Shown: piece by piece, positions 10,899 to 21,628 of the stretch
Numbering within the stretch: position 1 is the stretch's first letter
Layout: each line of letters begins with the position of its first letter
Source of the DNA: Bugula neritina
Lineage: Eukaryota; Animalia; Bryozoa
Reading direction: 5' to 3'
Assembly: GCA_964035545.1 (NCBI GenBank)
Contig: CAXIUT010000006.1
Span: 74,282 to 97,597, forward strand
DNA: 23,316 bases
Position numbers and translations under genes: made by a program
The notes under the pieces: model-generated
What the model saw: only the letters and a program-made list of their open reading frames with translations
What the model was told of the DNA's origin: nothing
Database searches by the model: none

Positions 10899-12167
10899 AT
10901 GAGTTATTTCCAGGCAGTGAGAAGTCTAGCTTTTCTAGCTAAAAATACAGTTAATACTTATCAAAAACATAATCATAATGATCCTCAACTTAGAAATTTA
11001 GTCAAATCGATGTCTTTCAGCAAACTTACTTAAAAAAAATAATCTCCTTAGATCTTTCACCCCTCACCAGAAATGTTTTAGCCATCAATGAAACAAATTC
11101 TATAAATGTCTTAAACATAGTAGTCTTAGGCATCCATTAACAACACCCCATTGCTATCGTCTGAAAGTCTTTTGCAACGTAATATGATAGATAATCGAAT
11201 AAAAAGTTTACAATATGAGGCTAATGCGCCATGTGAGGATAGTATAGCATGCTAGCAACTAAAATAGATCAATGCTTATACGATTAGTGTATTTGATGGA
11301 CATGGGGGACCATAGTTAGCTGAATTTTCTAAATATAAAATCAATTTTTATATTGATCACTATCTCAAAGACAACCTTAAAGCTAGTACTAGCAATGTAG
11401 GTTAAGTTTTAAAAGAATCTCTTATTTATGGTTATTAGCAATTATAAAATAACTTTTTCCAGATTTATGAGTAGCAGATCAAGATGGGAAATAAGAAGAT
11501 AAAGAATGTGGGAACTTGTGGAATTACTGCTATAGTGCATAACGATAAGGTGTATGTTGGTAATTCAGGAGATTCTCAGGGAATGTTTATTATTGAATAA
11601 AACAAAATGATGAGAAATTAGAAGACCAATGATAGACTATCAGTGAATAACAGAAATTAGCGTTAAAAAATAAAAGAGTAATGGAAAGATATTGACTAGG
11701 AGATAATTTCATAATAAAACAATAGTTGTTACTATCTTAAGGGGAGATTGCAGCCGACTAGAACAATAGGAGACTACTATCTGAAAAAACAAGAATATTA
11801 TAATGGAAATGGTTAGTTCAAGGGTCCTTATCTATCTTGTAAGCCAGACATAAACTAATTCCAATTGACTGCTGCTCATAAATATCTGGTGATAGCATCT
11901 GATGGGTTATGGGACATGTTATCTCGATCGGAAGTCATGAATATTATGATGAATGGGGAGTAGATTGATTTGAATAAGACTTGTTACTAGTAGGAGGTAT
12001 CTGATAGTTGTCCTTATGTGCATGCTACTTTGGAGAGTGTGTTGGATAAGTGTTGTGAGTTGAGTGGGAAGAGCAAGAAGGAGATGAAGGCGATGTAGAA
12101 GGGAAAAAGAAGAAATTATCATGATGATATTACTCTTGCTGTGGTTAATCTCGACCAACAATATTGA
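10899..12167 (+). CDS. PP2C/PPM-family phosphatase, resembling pyruvate dehydrogenase phosphatase (422 aa)
   Basis: YEANAPCED, VFDGHGG, GTC, YVGNSGDS, GRLQPTRTIGD, IASDGLWD, RRNYHDDIT; open frame ATG10899 to TGA12167. Confidence 0.92.
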
Positions 12168-12201
12168 TATATATACTTGATTATTGATTAACTTTGATAT
12201 C

Positions 12202-12382
12202 TGGGGTTGGGGTTGGGGTTGGGGTTGGGGTTGGGGTTGGGGTTGGGGTTGGGGTTGGGGTTGGGGTTGGGGTTGGGGTTGGGGTTGGGGTTGGGGTTGG
12301 GGTTGGGGGTTGGGGTTGGGGTTGGGGTTGGGGTTGGGGTTGGGGTTGGGGTTGGGGTTGGGGTTGGGGTTGGGGTTGGGTT
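12202..12382 (+). repeat. Internal (GGGGTT)n tract, interpreted as the right telomere of the first chromosome
   Basis: About 180 nt of G4T2, with one G5 variant at 12305-12309 and a final G3; starts 35 nt after the PP2C stop. Confidence 0.95.
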
Positions 12383-13755
12383 TTGATGTTATTAGCCCCT
12401 ACACTGAATAACCTTTTGGAAAGGCTGCTATGGCAGGCAAAGAAGATGTTGATGCAGCTGTTAAAATCAGCAAATTAGGCATTTAAAACATGGAAAAATA
12501 CTGATGTGTTGCTAGAGGTAAAATCATTTACAAGGCCAGTGAATTAATATTGAAAAATATGGATTATCTTTCCCACTATGAATCTCTTACATGTGGAAAA
12601 CCTATCAGTAAAACTAATCCATTTTAAATCGGATACACTGCTTATATTTATTCGTACTTTGCAGGTCAAGCTGATAAAATAAAGGGACATACTTTGCAAC
12701 TAATGAGCCCTCATATTGGTATGACTATTAAAGAACCTATTGGAGTAGTAGCTATTGTTCTTCCTTGGAATTTCCCACTGGCATTAATGGCCTGGAAAGT
12801 CGCTGCAGGATTGGCTGCTGGATGCACTATTGTTCTTAAACCAGCTGAACAAAGTCCATACACTGCTCTTATGGTTGCTAAACTCTTCAATGAGGCTGGT
12901 CTTCCTCCTGGAGTTCTTAATGTTATTACTGGATAAGGTCCTACTGGATAACTCTTAACTACTCACAAAGGAATTAATAAAGTCTGTTTTACAGGATCAA
13001 CTGAAGTAGGTTATTTGATAATGAGAAATTCTCATAAGGAAAACTTGAAGTCAGTGAGTTTATAGTTGGGAGGTAAGTCACCTTTAGTTGTTTGTCCAGA
13101 TGCAGATCTTGAAAAGGCAGTGAGTACCTGTTGTTATCTCTGGAATAACTGTGGACAAAGCTGTATTTCTGCTTCGAGATTGTTTGTTCATGAGTCAATT
13201 CATGATTCTTTTGTTTAAAAGATGGTTAAATTTGCTTAAACTGTTGTTCATGGAGATCCTTTAGATCCAAAAACAACCCAAGGACCACTAATAAGCAAAG
13301 TTCAATTCTAAAAAGTTTTATGGTATATCTAAGAAGGGAAAAAATAGGGAGCTAAGGTTGTAGTTGGAGGGTAAAGATGGGGAGAAAAAGGATACTTTGT
13401 TAAGCCTACTATCTTTGTTGGAGTTGAAGATAACATGAGAATTGCAAAATAAGAGATATTTGGTCCTGTTATAAGTGTACTTAAATGGAAAGATGATGAA
13501 GAGGTGATCGAAAGGGCTAATTCAACTCCATATGGTCTTGGAGCTGGAGTTCTTACTCTGAATATTGATAGAGCCATTAAATTTGCTAAAAGACTTCATG
13601 CCGGAACTGTTTTTGTAAATCTGTACGAGTATAACGAAGGAAGTACTCCATTTGGAGGATACAAAGACTCAGGTATTGGAAAAGACCTTGGAGATGAAGG
13701 ATTATAAACATTTCTTTTAACAAAGACAGTCATTATCAAGGGACCAGCTTTATGA
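12382..13755 (+). CDS. Aldehyde dehydrogenase (ALDH1/2-like), 5'-truncated, with two compensating indels near the junction
   Basis: FDVISPYTEE, KEPIGVV..PWNFPL, LKPAEQSP, FTGSTEVG, L[TAG=E]LGGKSP, GQSC, K[TAA=E]EIFGPV, PFGGYKDSGIG; TGA13753-13755; no start codon, abuts the telomere tract. Confidence 0.92.
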
Positions 13756-13843
13756 TAAGATTAATTCTATTAATTTCTGTTTAAATATCATGACGATCAG
13801 AATTCAATAAAATTGAGTAAAGAAGTATTGATAATAATAACAT

Positions 13844-14728
13844 ATGGGAATTCAAGAGAACACTAAACCACCTCATTCTGACAGAAATCATGATGATAAC
13901 AGCAGTGACTAGGAATCCAATTAAACTTTGCCTGTAAATCATATGCATGAGTTATCGCTTAATTAAAAGCCATCGAAGAAAACAGTTCATAATTAGGAAA
14001 AGGAGCATGAATTTTCATTTTTGAAGAGTAAGCCTTTAAAAAAAAGGAACAAAAATAAAGGATAAGCCAAAGAGAAGATGATAATAAAGATGTAGAAGAT
14101 GCATTATCGTATTAATGAACTTGAAAATCAATTATCGGAGTATAAGAACAAAGAGAATGCTTGTCCTCATTGTCATTTTTATGAGAATTCAAATGTGATG
14201 AATGAAAGAAGGACTAGTATGACACCTTAACCACCACCATTGTTTGATACTTTTAAACGATCTAATTCAAAGGAGTCTTTTTAATTTTAAAAAATGGATT
14301 TCTTGACTCCTCTTGTCTGTAGTCCTGAAATGGAATAAAAAAGTTGGGTCTTTCTGGGTACTATCATGATTGCTATGGGTAGTAAAGTTATGGATATGGA
14401 TGGTACTATTAACGTTTTTAAAATTGTTAAGGAATCGGTCGATAAGATCAGAAGACAAGTTTAGAAGTCTGAGTAAAAGTTATCGATGGATTTCTTTTTG
14501 GGAAAGCAAGAGATGCCTGAAAATAAGATTTGTGAAGAATTGAATTTTGATCCATTTTATAAAAAAGAGGAGCCTCAGGGTGGTTTACAACTTGAAGGAG
14601 TTAGAGTTGAGAGTGTATAAGAGTATTAGTTAGTTTTTGACCAGAAACTGAACTTCAATGTAAAGTATGACTCACTAATAACAGCGATGTAATACTTGAA
14701 GTAGAATTGTAATTTGTCTTATTCATGA
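13844..14728 (+). CDS. Hypothetical protein (294 aa) with basic region, short zipper-like segment and CPHC
   Basis: ATG13844 to TGA14728 open; KPLKKRNKNKGEAKEKMIIKMEKMHYRINELENQLSEYKNKENACPHC. Confidence 0.7.
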
Positions 14729-15311
14729 GTGATGGTCTAATATGTTTGATTGTACTAAAAGATAGAATATAAAGTTAAATATCTAATACTAATAATAACA
14801 TAAATTCAGATCATTTCATATTTTTATTTTTTGAGAAAAGAATTGTCTAGCAGTACTTTTGATCATGTAGAATTTAAATTCTAGTTCAAATTCTACAATG
14901 AAGCCATCTTTTAACTGAATAAGAAACTTTCAAAATGGCAGTTAATGGCTATAGCTCATCTTTTTCATAACTAACTAAACGTAGAGTATAAACTCCGACT
15001 AGAGATGAAATTTTTAAGTCATTTATATTTATATTTTCTTCTTTTTTGGTTCTATTTAATGAGATATTTTTAAATAGATTGATATATGGAAGAGACCAAT
15101 CTTTGTTATCTACTTTTTTTCTATATTGAAGGGGATAATTTCCTGCTTTTTCCGACTTGGTTGTGTTGATCTGTTCAAGATCTAAGAACTTAAGAAGCTC
15201 TTGGATTTCCTTATCCTCTATATTTAAAATACAGATACTAAATCAGCAAATAACCTTTATAACGAATAGAATCATAACAGATAAATAATAAATGATTTAA
15301 ACTCATAGTGA

Positions 15312-15935
15312 TCATTGCATTTAAAATTGCGATCGTTTTTCTAATTTAGCAATTTTATTGAAAGTCATTCCGAATGTTTTTCTTGGTGAATGATTGCTTT
15401 ATTCTTCTATGGTTGTTAGTTAATTTATATCACAATTGGTACTTCTATTTTTTTCCATTTAACTTTTTTATCTTTATGAGTGACTTTTTCTAGATAAATT
15501 ACCAGATATAACTGGAAGTTCTACTGTTAAATTCCTCAACTTATCTGATAGATATTTCTTTTTAGATCTTTATGTTGTTAATATCTTAGTTGATCCTTTC
15601 AAATCGATTTTTGATGACCTTCTTTCAGTATTATATCTTGTACTTCTTGATCTGATATTTAGGTTGATATTTGACTTCATATCTTCTAAATAATTTTATT
15701 TCTATTTGCTGAAATGTTGTTTTGCTTAAAGACTATATTATTTATCTTGATTTCTTTTGTTGATTTGTGAGGTTGAGGCGTTGAGATCTCTGATATTTTG
15801 GTAGTTAGTTTTTTGTCTTTCGATGACTTCATTTATTTTGAGTTATGTTGATTGAATGTCTCTGATCGTGAGTTCTTCTAATAGATTTTTGACGTTTTTC
15901 TTTTTGGCTAGGGCAAAGAGTCCATGTTTTTTCAT
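15312..15935 (-). CDS. Hypothetical basic protein (207 aa)
   Basis: ATG15935 (MKKHGLFALAKKK) to TGA15312, open with TAR=Glu. Confidence 0.6.
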
Positions 15936-16024
15936 TTCTTCTTACTATATTCTAATAAATCATAACAGCTATCACAATAGAATATATCTGTATTAATAAA
16001 TATCAAAATCAAATCATAAAGCAA

Positions 16025-16996
16025 TCATCTGTTTTTATATTTATCAATGCTATTGATTGATCTGGTGCTTGCAGTTGTGGCATATTTATTGAAAATGGGA
16101 CTATTTATATTTTATCTCTAGGTTATTGTTAATGTATTTTGGCTATTTATTTTTATCTGGAATTGTAGTTCTTAAATTTATGATTTCATTTTGTTTATCA
16201 ATTTTATTCTCTAGTTATCTCCTTGTAATCTGTTATTTAACTATATTATTTTAGATTGGTAGTTTGATATTGATATTTCTTTCTTTTTTAATTCTTTTTA
16301 CATCTATTATATCTTCTTTATATAATGCATGCTCATTTTTCTCATCTAGTTATTTATTGCTTCCTAGTTTATCTCTTTTTATCTATCAGGTTTTGTTGTT
16401 TATTTTATGGTTATTTTGTTATTTTTTTATTTTAGTTGTTCATTTTATCTTGTTAGTTTTCTTACTTCTTACATTAATTTCATATTGGTTTATAGGTATT
16501 CATGAGCCTTAGCTTTCCAATATTCATAGTATTCTTCTCCTTTTTATATTCCTGATTTTTTGTATGTATTGGAGTTACTTCCTCGACTCAGGATATCAAA
16601 ATTTTTACCTTCATTCTTTCTTAATACTTACATATGCTTTCCTTTTATACTCTTATCTCGAGAATAACATCTTACCCGATTGATTGTCTACAAACTTTCT
16701 TCAAGCTGACTACCTATTATGGCACTCCTAGGGTTAGTTTCACTGATGAGGATACTGGCTTCATTGATGGTATCAGTTTATTGTTTTTTGGCGTATTTAA
16801 GTTTTTACTAAAGTTATTTCTATTTAACACTTTTTTCTTTAGATGTTTTTTGGAAGATCTTTGTTTGTGAGCCTGTTCTGCTGAGATGAGGAGATCTGAC
16901 TATTTTGGGAGGTTGAGGGCTAAGTGAAGGTGATATTTTGATGTTGGGGGAAGGGAGGGGAGGATAGGTGATTTTTTTATTTTAAATATCTGTCAT
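16025..16996 (-). CDS. Hypothetical protein, Pro-rich N-terminus and coiled-coil region (323 aa)
   Basis: ATG16996 to TGA16025 open; YPPLPSPNIKISPSLSPQPP then YWKAKAHEYLETNMKLMEEVRKLTRENEQLKEK. Confidence 0.7.
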
Positions 16997-17144
16997 TATT
17001 ATTCTTTATTGATTTTGGGAAGCGTCTAACGTTTCAGTTTATTTTTGGTATTATTTTTATGATAACGATATTAAAGATAAGATGATTTAGTTTTGATGAT
17101 AATAGAATGAGTAATTAGTTAAAACTATATATTTTATTATTAAA

Positions 17145-17879
17145 ATGGATAGTTCTTGTGCGGCAAGTTCATAATAGCAAATTCTATCTCCAAAGTAGTT
17201 GGAGTAGCGTAAGGTGAGGAGTTCGATTTTATCTAAAATAGACAAATAGATAAACAAGATATTGATATTAAACTCATAGTAAAATAATCAAAACAAACAA
17301 TATTTATAAAAGATAGCTTTGATCGAGTAGCACTACAAACAGTAAAATATATAACTTCATAAAAAGATTTAACTGATTAATGATAAATATCGTTCTTTGG
17401 AGGTGATATATTAATCACTTAAATAATAATTGGAAACATCTTACAATCATATTCAAGAGGTATAGTTTAGTAATTAAAAGTTTAAGAAATAAATCTATCG
17501 ATTGAAAAATATGATACATAATCAGGAAGATTTAATTGATTAGTATAAAAAAAATATTGAAGAAGAAATAGTTCTTGAAAAATAATTTATGAAAACTTAG
17601 TTTTAGCAACATAAAAATCAAATTTAAAAGGATTTTCATAAAGCCTTAATGCAAATTTAGAAACAATATTAATAAAGATTAAAAAAAGCAACCAAAAATA
17701 TGCAAGTAAAGGAATATCAAAACTAATATAAGTAACTTAAAAGGTATATAAGTAAAAGCAACCTTACAGGCCAAAAGAGTATGAAGAAGATAGCTGTTTA
17801 GACTAATAAGCCAATATTTAGCGAATATAGTACTGCAGACCAGTAGAATAAGCATCATCAGCCGATATATATACTTTGA
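17145..17879 (+). CDS. Hypothetical coiled-coil protein (244 aa)
   Basis: ATG17145 to TGA17879 open; E/K/Q/L-rich heptad-like composition. Confidence 0.7.
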
Positions 17880-17912
17880 TTGATATTGATTTATATTGAT
17901 AATTTTATAAAG

Positions 17913-18226
17913 ATGTCAGATTTGTTTACAGCAGCAGTGGAGCATGTTAAAAATCTACCAAGCAAAGGTAACAGATTGTTAAGGTAGCTAAACCTGGTCA
18001 ACCTTAGATATCAAACTAAAACAAATTGTAGTTTTATGGGCTTTTTAAGCAGGCAAGTGAAGGTGAGAATAAGACAAAGGCTCCAAGTCGGTTAAAAGTG
18101 GTGGAGAAGATGAAATGGGATGCTTGGAAGAAGTTGGGTAAAATATCTAAAGAGGATGCTAAGAAACAATATGTTTAAAAATTGACTAAAATAGTTCCTA
18201 ACTGGAATATCAAAGCTAAACTATGA
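17913..18226 (+). CDS. ACBP: Acyl-CoA-binding protein (97 aa), one 20-nt intron, C-terminal AKL
   Basis: FTAAVEHVKNLP..KLEFYGLFKQASEG..KWDAWKKLGKISKEDAKKQYV; intron gtaacagattgttaaggtag at 17968-17987; ends AAA GCT AAA CTA TGA. Confidence 0.93.
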
Positions 18227-18588
18227 TTTGTTCATAAACTAGAATCTGACTATATTTTATTTAATTGGATAAATAGATCAATTTTATCAATCTAAATATA
18301 ATAAAACTTTTTTAAATTAAAAGGGAGAAAATGAATAAATATTTGAAAAAACAACAACAAAGGCAATTAAGAAGGAAATAAAGAACTAACTTAAAAGTCA
18401 ATTGGATAATTCTTTGAATACTTTCAATAAATCATTAAAACTATCTTAAATGGTTTAAATATAATATGTCCTAAACAGGAATCATACTCAAAAATCTTTT
18501 CTTTTTGAATAATAAAAATATTTGTTACTGACCGAAAGTTATTTGATAGGATATTAACTTTTCATAAATAAAAATAATAAGCAAATAA

Positions 18589-19473
18589 TCACTCATTTTG
18601 TTTCAATTCTTATTTGAGTAATTATAAACGATTTTTTTTCAGTATTTAACCCATAATAACTCCTTACGATTGAATTTGAAAAGATCTATAATAAAAAACA
18701 GACCTTTGTTCTCGCCTTTTCAGAGAAGAAAAGTTTTTTATTTTTTTTGAAAAATTTCTTATTTATTCTTCAGTGTATTTAGGATTTATCATATTTGAAG
18801 CACTTTAAACTTATAGAGGTCTGTTTTCTCTTGCAAATTCTTAATCTTCTTTTAATAATTTATTAATAAGTGAGCCATTGGGATTTTATTTTTTAAGATC
18901 TTCAAGAATTTTTAGACAAGAAGATGGTAATCGCCTTTGATAAGGTTTTATCATTTTGACAGAATAACAATCTTTAGAGAATATATGTTTTTTCTATTTA
19001 ACTTTTTCTTCCTTTTAAACTTAAATTTAATTATTTTATTCCGACAAATGTGGTTGTTTTTATTGGTATTAAACTATTTTTTGTACTTTTTAATAGTCTT
19101 TATGTATTTTCTTTTCTTTTATCCTCACCTTTTTAACCTAGAGTTCTTCTTCTTAAACTTTTATTTGTTTTTATAAACGAGAGTATCTTTGATTTGATAA
19201 AAACTTTTCAGTCTCGAATAATACATTGAATATATAGCCTTGAGTACTACATTATTTTATCAAAGTAGCTTGAAGATTTAATAATTCAGCTGCTTTTTCA
19301 CTTTTTGGAAGTGCATTTTTCTTGCTTTTGCTTTATTTATTTTAATTTTCAAGTTGGCCATGTTTTTATTTGCCGAGATTTTCTTGCTATTTGTGTTGAT
19401 GTAAAAGATTAGAATCTGAATGTTATGATTACTTGGTGTTAAAGTCTTAACCTTTACTGTTTAAGTTTGACAT
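18589..19473 (-). CDS. Orphan K/E-rich protein, 'MSNLNS' family paralog 2 (294 aa)
   Basis: ATG19473 to TGA18589; VKKVRIKEKKIHKD, NPNGSLINKLL..ARENRPL..NP align with paralog 1. Confidence 0.75.
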
Positions 19474-19627
19474 AATTCTTCCTTTTGTTGGTTCAACAAA
19501 AATTAATATAAATAATCTCCAACTCATAAATGTAAACTCCAAAACGTTTTTATAAATAAACTATAAACTTTTCTTTATCTAAATTATCATTTGAAATATC
19601 AAATCTTTTCAGATCATTTAAAGCTAT
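19281..19627. repeat. 347-bp direct repeat, copy 1
   Basis: Identical by eye to 22333-22679 (offset 3052). Confidence 0.92.
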
Positions 19628-19638
19628 ATATTCTAAAC

Positions 19639-19815
19639 ATGAAAAAGTAAGACGATAACAATAACAACCAACCTGCATAAACCAAGTGCTACGAGTAAGA
19701 GTATTCCTGCTGCGATGGTCGTCTTTACCAAGTGTACCTCTCCCTCACTCAAAGCCCAACCCAAAAAGGCAGTCATCACCCTTATCCTAATCCAAGGAAT
19801 CATCGCTCTTCATGA
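19639..19815 (+). CDS. Possible small protein (58 aa) divergent from paralog 2
   Basis: MKKEDDNNNNQPAETKCYEEEYSCCDGRLYQVYL...; locally higher GC; its first 7 codons are also present opposite paralog 1. Confidence 0.35.
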
Positions 19816-19993
19816 AATCCTTCACCTAGGATGGTTCTCAACCAGACATATCTTCTCACTAGTAGTGCTTCTCATTGTTCATCAATTTCTAAACTTTTAT
19901 TGGTATAAGACAATTGAAAAAGAAAATGTTGATTGAATGCAGAAATGAGATTATAATTTATTTTTTCTAAAGATTTACATTCATCACTATCAT

Positions 19994-21461
19994 TCATTTT
20001 TTAACTTTCTATTCTACTTTTTTCCAAAATAATCTCACTTCTCTTTATGTTAGAACTTTTGTTAATAATCTAAAAAGAGATTTCTGATATGTTTAATATA
20101 TGAATGAGCCATTTTCATAGGATGAGACAAGTTTTCTGATGCTTTTGATCTTATTTTCTTTGTTTTTTCTATCTCTCTTATATTTAAAGCAGAGGACTGT
20201 CAGGTTAAATATATCAAGGAAAGAATATTTTATTTTTGGCCCTGATCTATCGTTATCTATTTATCATAAAAATACTTTGTTTTTACAATCTATCTTGAAT
20301 TGAATTTGAATTAAAGTCTCCTTCTTATTCAACCATGATATATTTGTGTTCATCAACCATAGCATCTTTTTCCTCTTCAGCTATTCTCTCTTGTTTAATC
20401 ATCAGTTCCCCCTCAACTATTTTAACCTCTTGTTGAATCAGCAGTTTCTCCTCAACTTTCCGAGACTCTTGTTTAATCATCAGTTCCCCCTCAACTATTT
20501 TAACCTCTTGTTGAATCAGCAGTTTCTCCTCAACTTTCCGAGACTCTTGTTTAATCATCAGTTCCCCCTCAACTATTTTAACCTCTTGTTGAATCAGCAG
20601 TTTCTCCTCAACTTTCCGAGACTCTTGTTTAATCATCAGTTCCCCCTCAACTATTTTAACCTCTTGTTGAATCAGCAGTTTCTCCTCAACTTTCCGAGAC
20701 TCTTGTTTAATCATCAGTTCCCCCTCAACTATTTTAACCTCTTGTTGAATCAGCAGTTTCTCCTCAACTTTCCGAGACTCTTGTTTAATCATCAGTTCCC
20801 CCTCAACTATTTTAACCTCTTGTTGAATCAGCAGTTTCTCCTCAACTTTCCGAGACTCTTGTTTAATCATCAGTTCCCCCTCAACTATTTTAACCTCTTG
20901 TTGAATCAGCAGTTTCTCCTCAACTTTCCGAGACTCTTGTTTAATCATCAGTTCCCCCTCAACTATTTTAACCTCTTGTTGAATCAGCAGTTTCTCCTCA
21001 ACTTTCCGAGACTCTTGTTTAATCATCAGTTCCCCCTCAACTATTTTAACCTCTTGTTGAATCAGCAGTTTCTCCTCAACTTTCCGAGACTCTTGTTTAA
21101 TCATCAGTTCCCCTTCAACTATCCAAGCCTCTTCATTGTTATCAATTTTAGCCTCTTTGTCAATCACATCACTGCCTCCCTCAACTATTCTAACATCATA
21201 TTTACTTGCTTTCACTCCCATATTGTTTTTTTCTTGTTGAATATTGAGATCATCTTCTGAAAAAAGAACATTTGAGTCCATCACTTACGGGAACTTTTGA
21301 TATTTTTCCTAATCATCCTACAGTCTGAACTATTGGCTTAGAGCTCTTTCATCGGGGTGCATTTCTTAGCTCTAGCATTAAGCATCAAAGGGAATTTCTT
21401 CATAGAGATTGAACACTAAAAGGTCTATTGAATTGTATTGTAGATCTTTTTACATTTGCAT
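19994..21461 (-). CDS. Charged tandem-repeat protein (about 482 aa), candidate cortical/cytoskeletal protein
   Basis: ATG21461; nine 26-aa repeats; 19-nt intron gtatttttatgataaatag (20257-20275) extends the frame to TGA19994. Confidence 0.75.
20388..21122 (-). repeat. 78-bp coding minisatellite, about 9.4 copies (two related 39-bp halves)
   Basis: Unit encodes IVEGELMIKQESRKVEEKLLIQQEVK; copies are near-identical. Confidence 0.95.
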
Positions 21462-21628
21462 TATAATTAATTCACTCGAATCGAAAATTTATTCTCATAA
21501 TATACTATTAAAGATTAATAAATGAAAGAAGTTAATTTAAATAACAATAAAAAGTTTTTTAATAGAACTGCAGTTATTGAACTCTTAGAAAGCATTAATA
21601 ATATACTATGATAATTTTTTTAAAAGGA

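Noticed and set aside
12184-12478. GW-, GV- and GL-repeat ORFs in the supplied track
   Set aside because: They are translations of the telomeric GGGGTT tract, not proteins (not an Argonaute-hook GW protein)
12502-12504. UGA readthrough or selenocysteine in ALDH
   Set aside because: The TGA lies in a short segment shifted by compensating indels; the conserved AFKTW is in the other frame
7007-13452. Split code with UAA=Lys and UAG=Glu
   Set aside because: TAA sits at conserved Glu positions (RGDEELD, KEEIFGP, QKCIE), not Lys
14790-15310. Probable minus-strand gene
   Set aside because: Several partly open frames and ambiguous introns; no defensible model
18805-18820. TAA aligned with CAA (Gln) between orphan paralogs, suggesting UAR=Gln (table 6)
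   Set aside because: Single C/T changes in a fast-evolving family; invariant catalytic and structural Glu sites in ALDH, H2A.Z and PUF outweigh it
8037-19176. Hydrophobic F/L-rich plus-strand ORFs (8037, 16264, 16634, 18937) resembling membrane proteins
   Set aside because: Antisense of K/E-rich minus-strand genes
20388-21122. CRISPR-like array
   Set aside because: No unique spacers; contiguous in-frame coding tandem repeat in a eukaryote
20346-21260. 304-aa plus-strand F/L/N-rich ORF
   Set aside because: Antisense shadow of the minus-strand repeat protein
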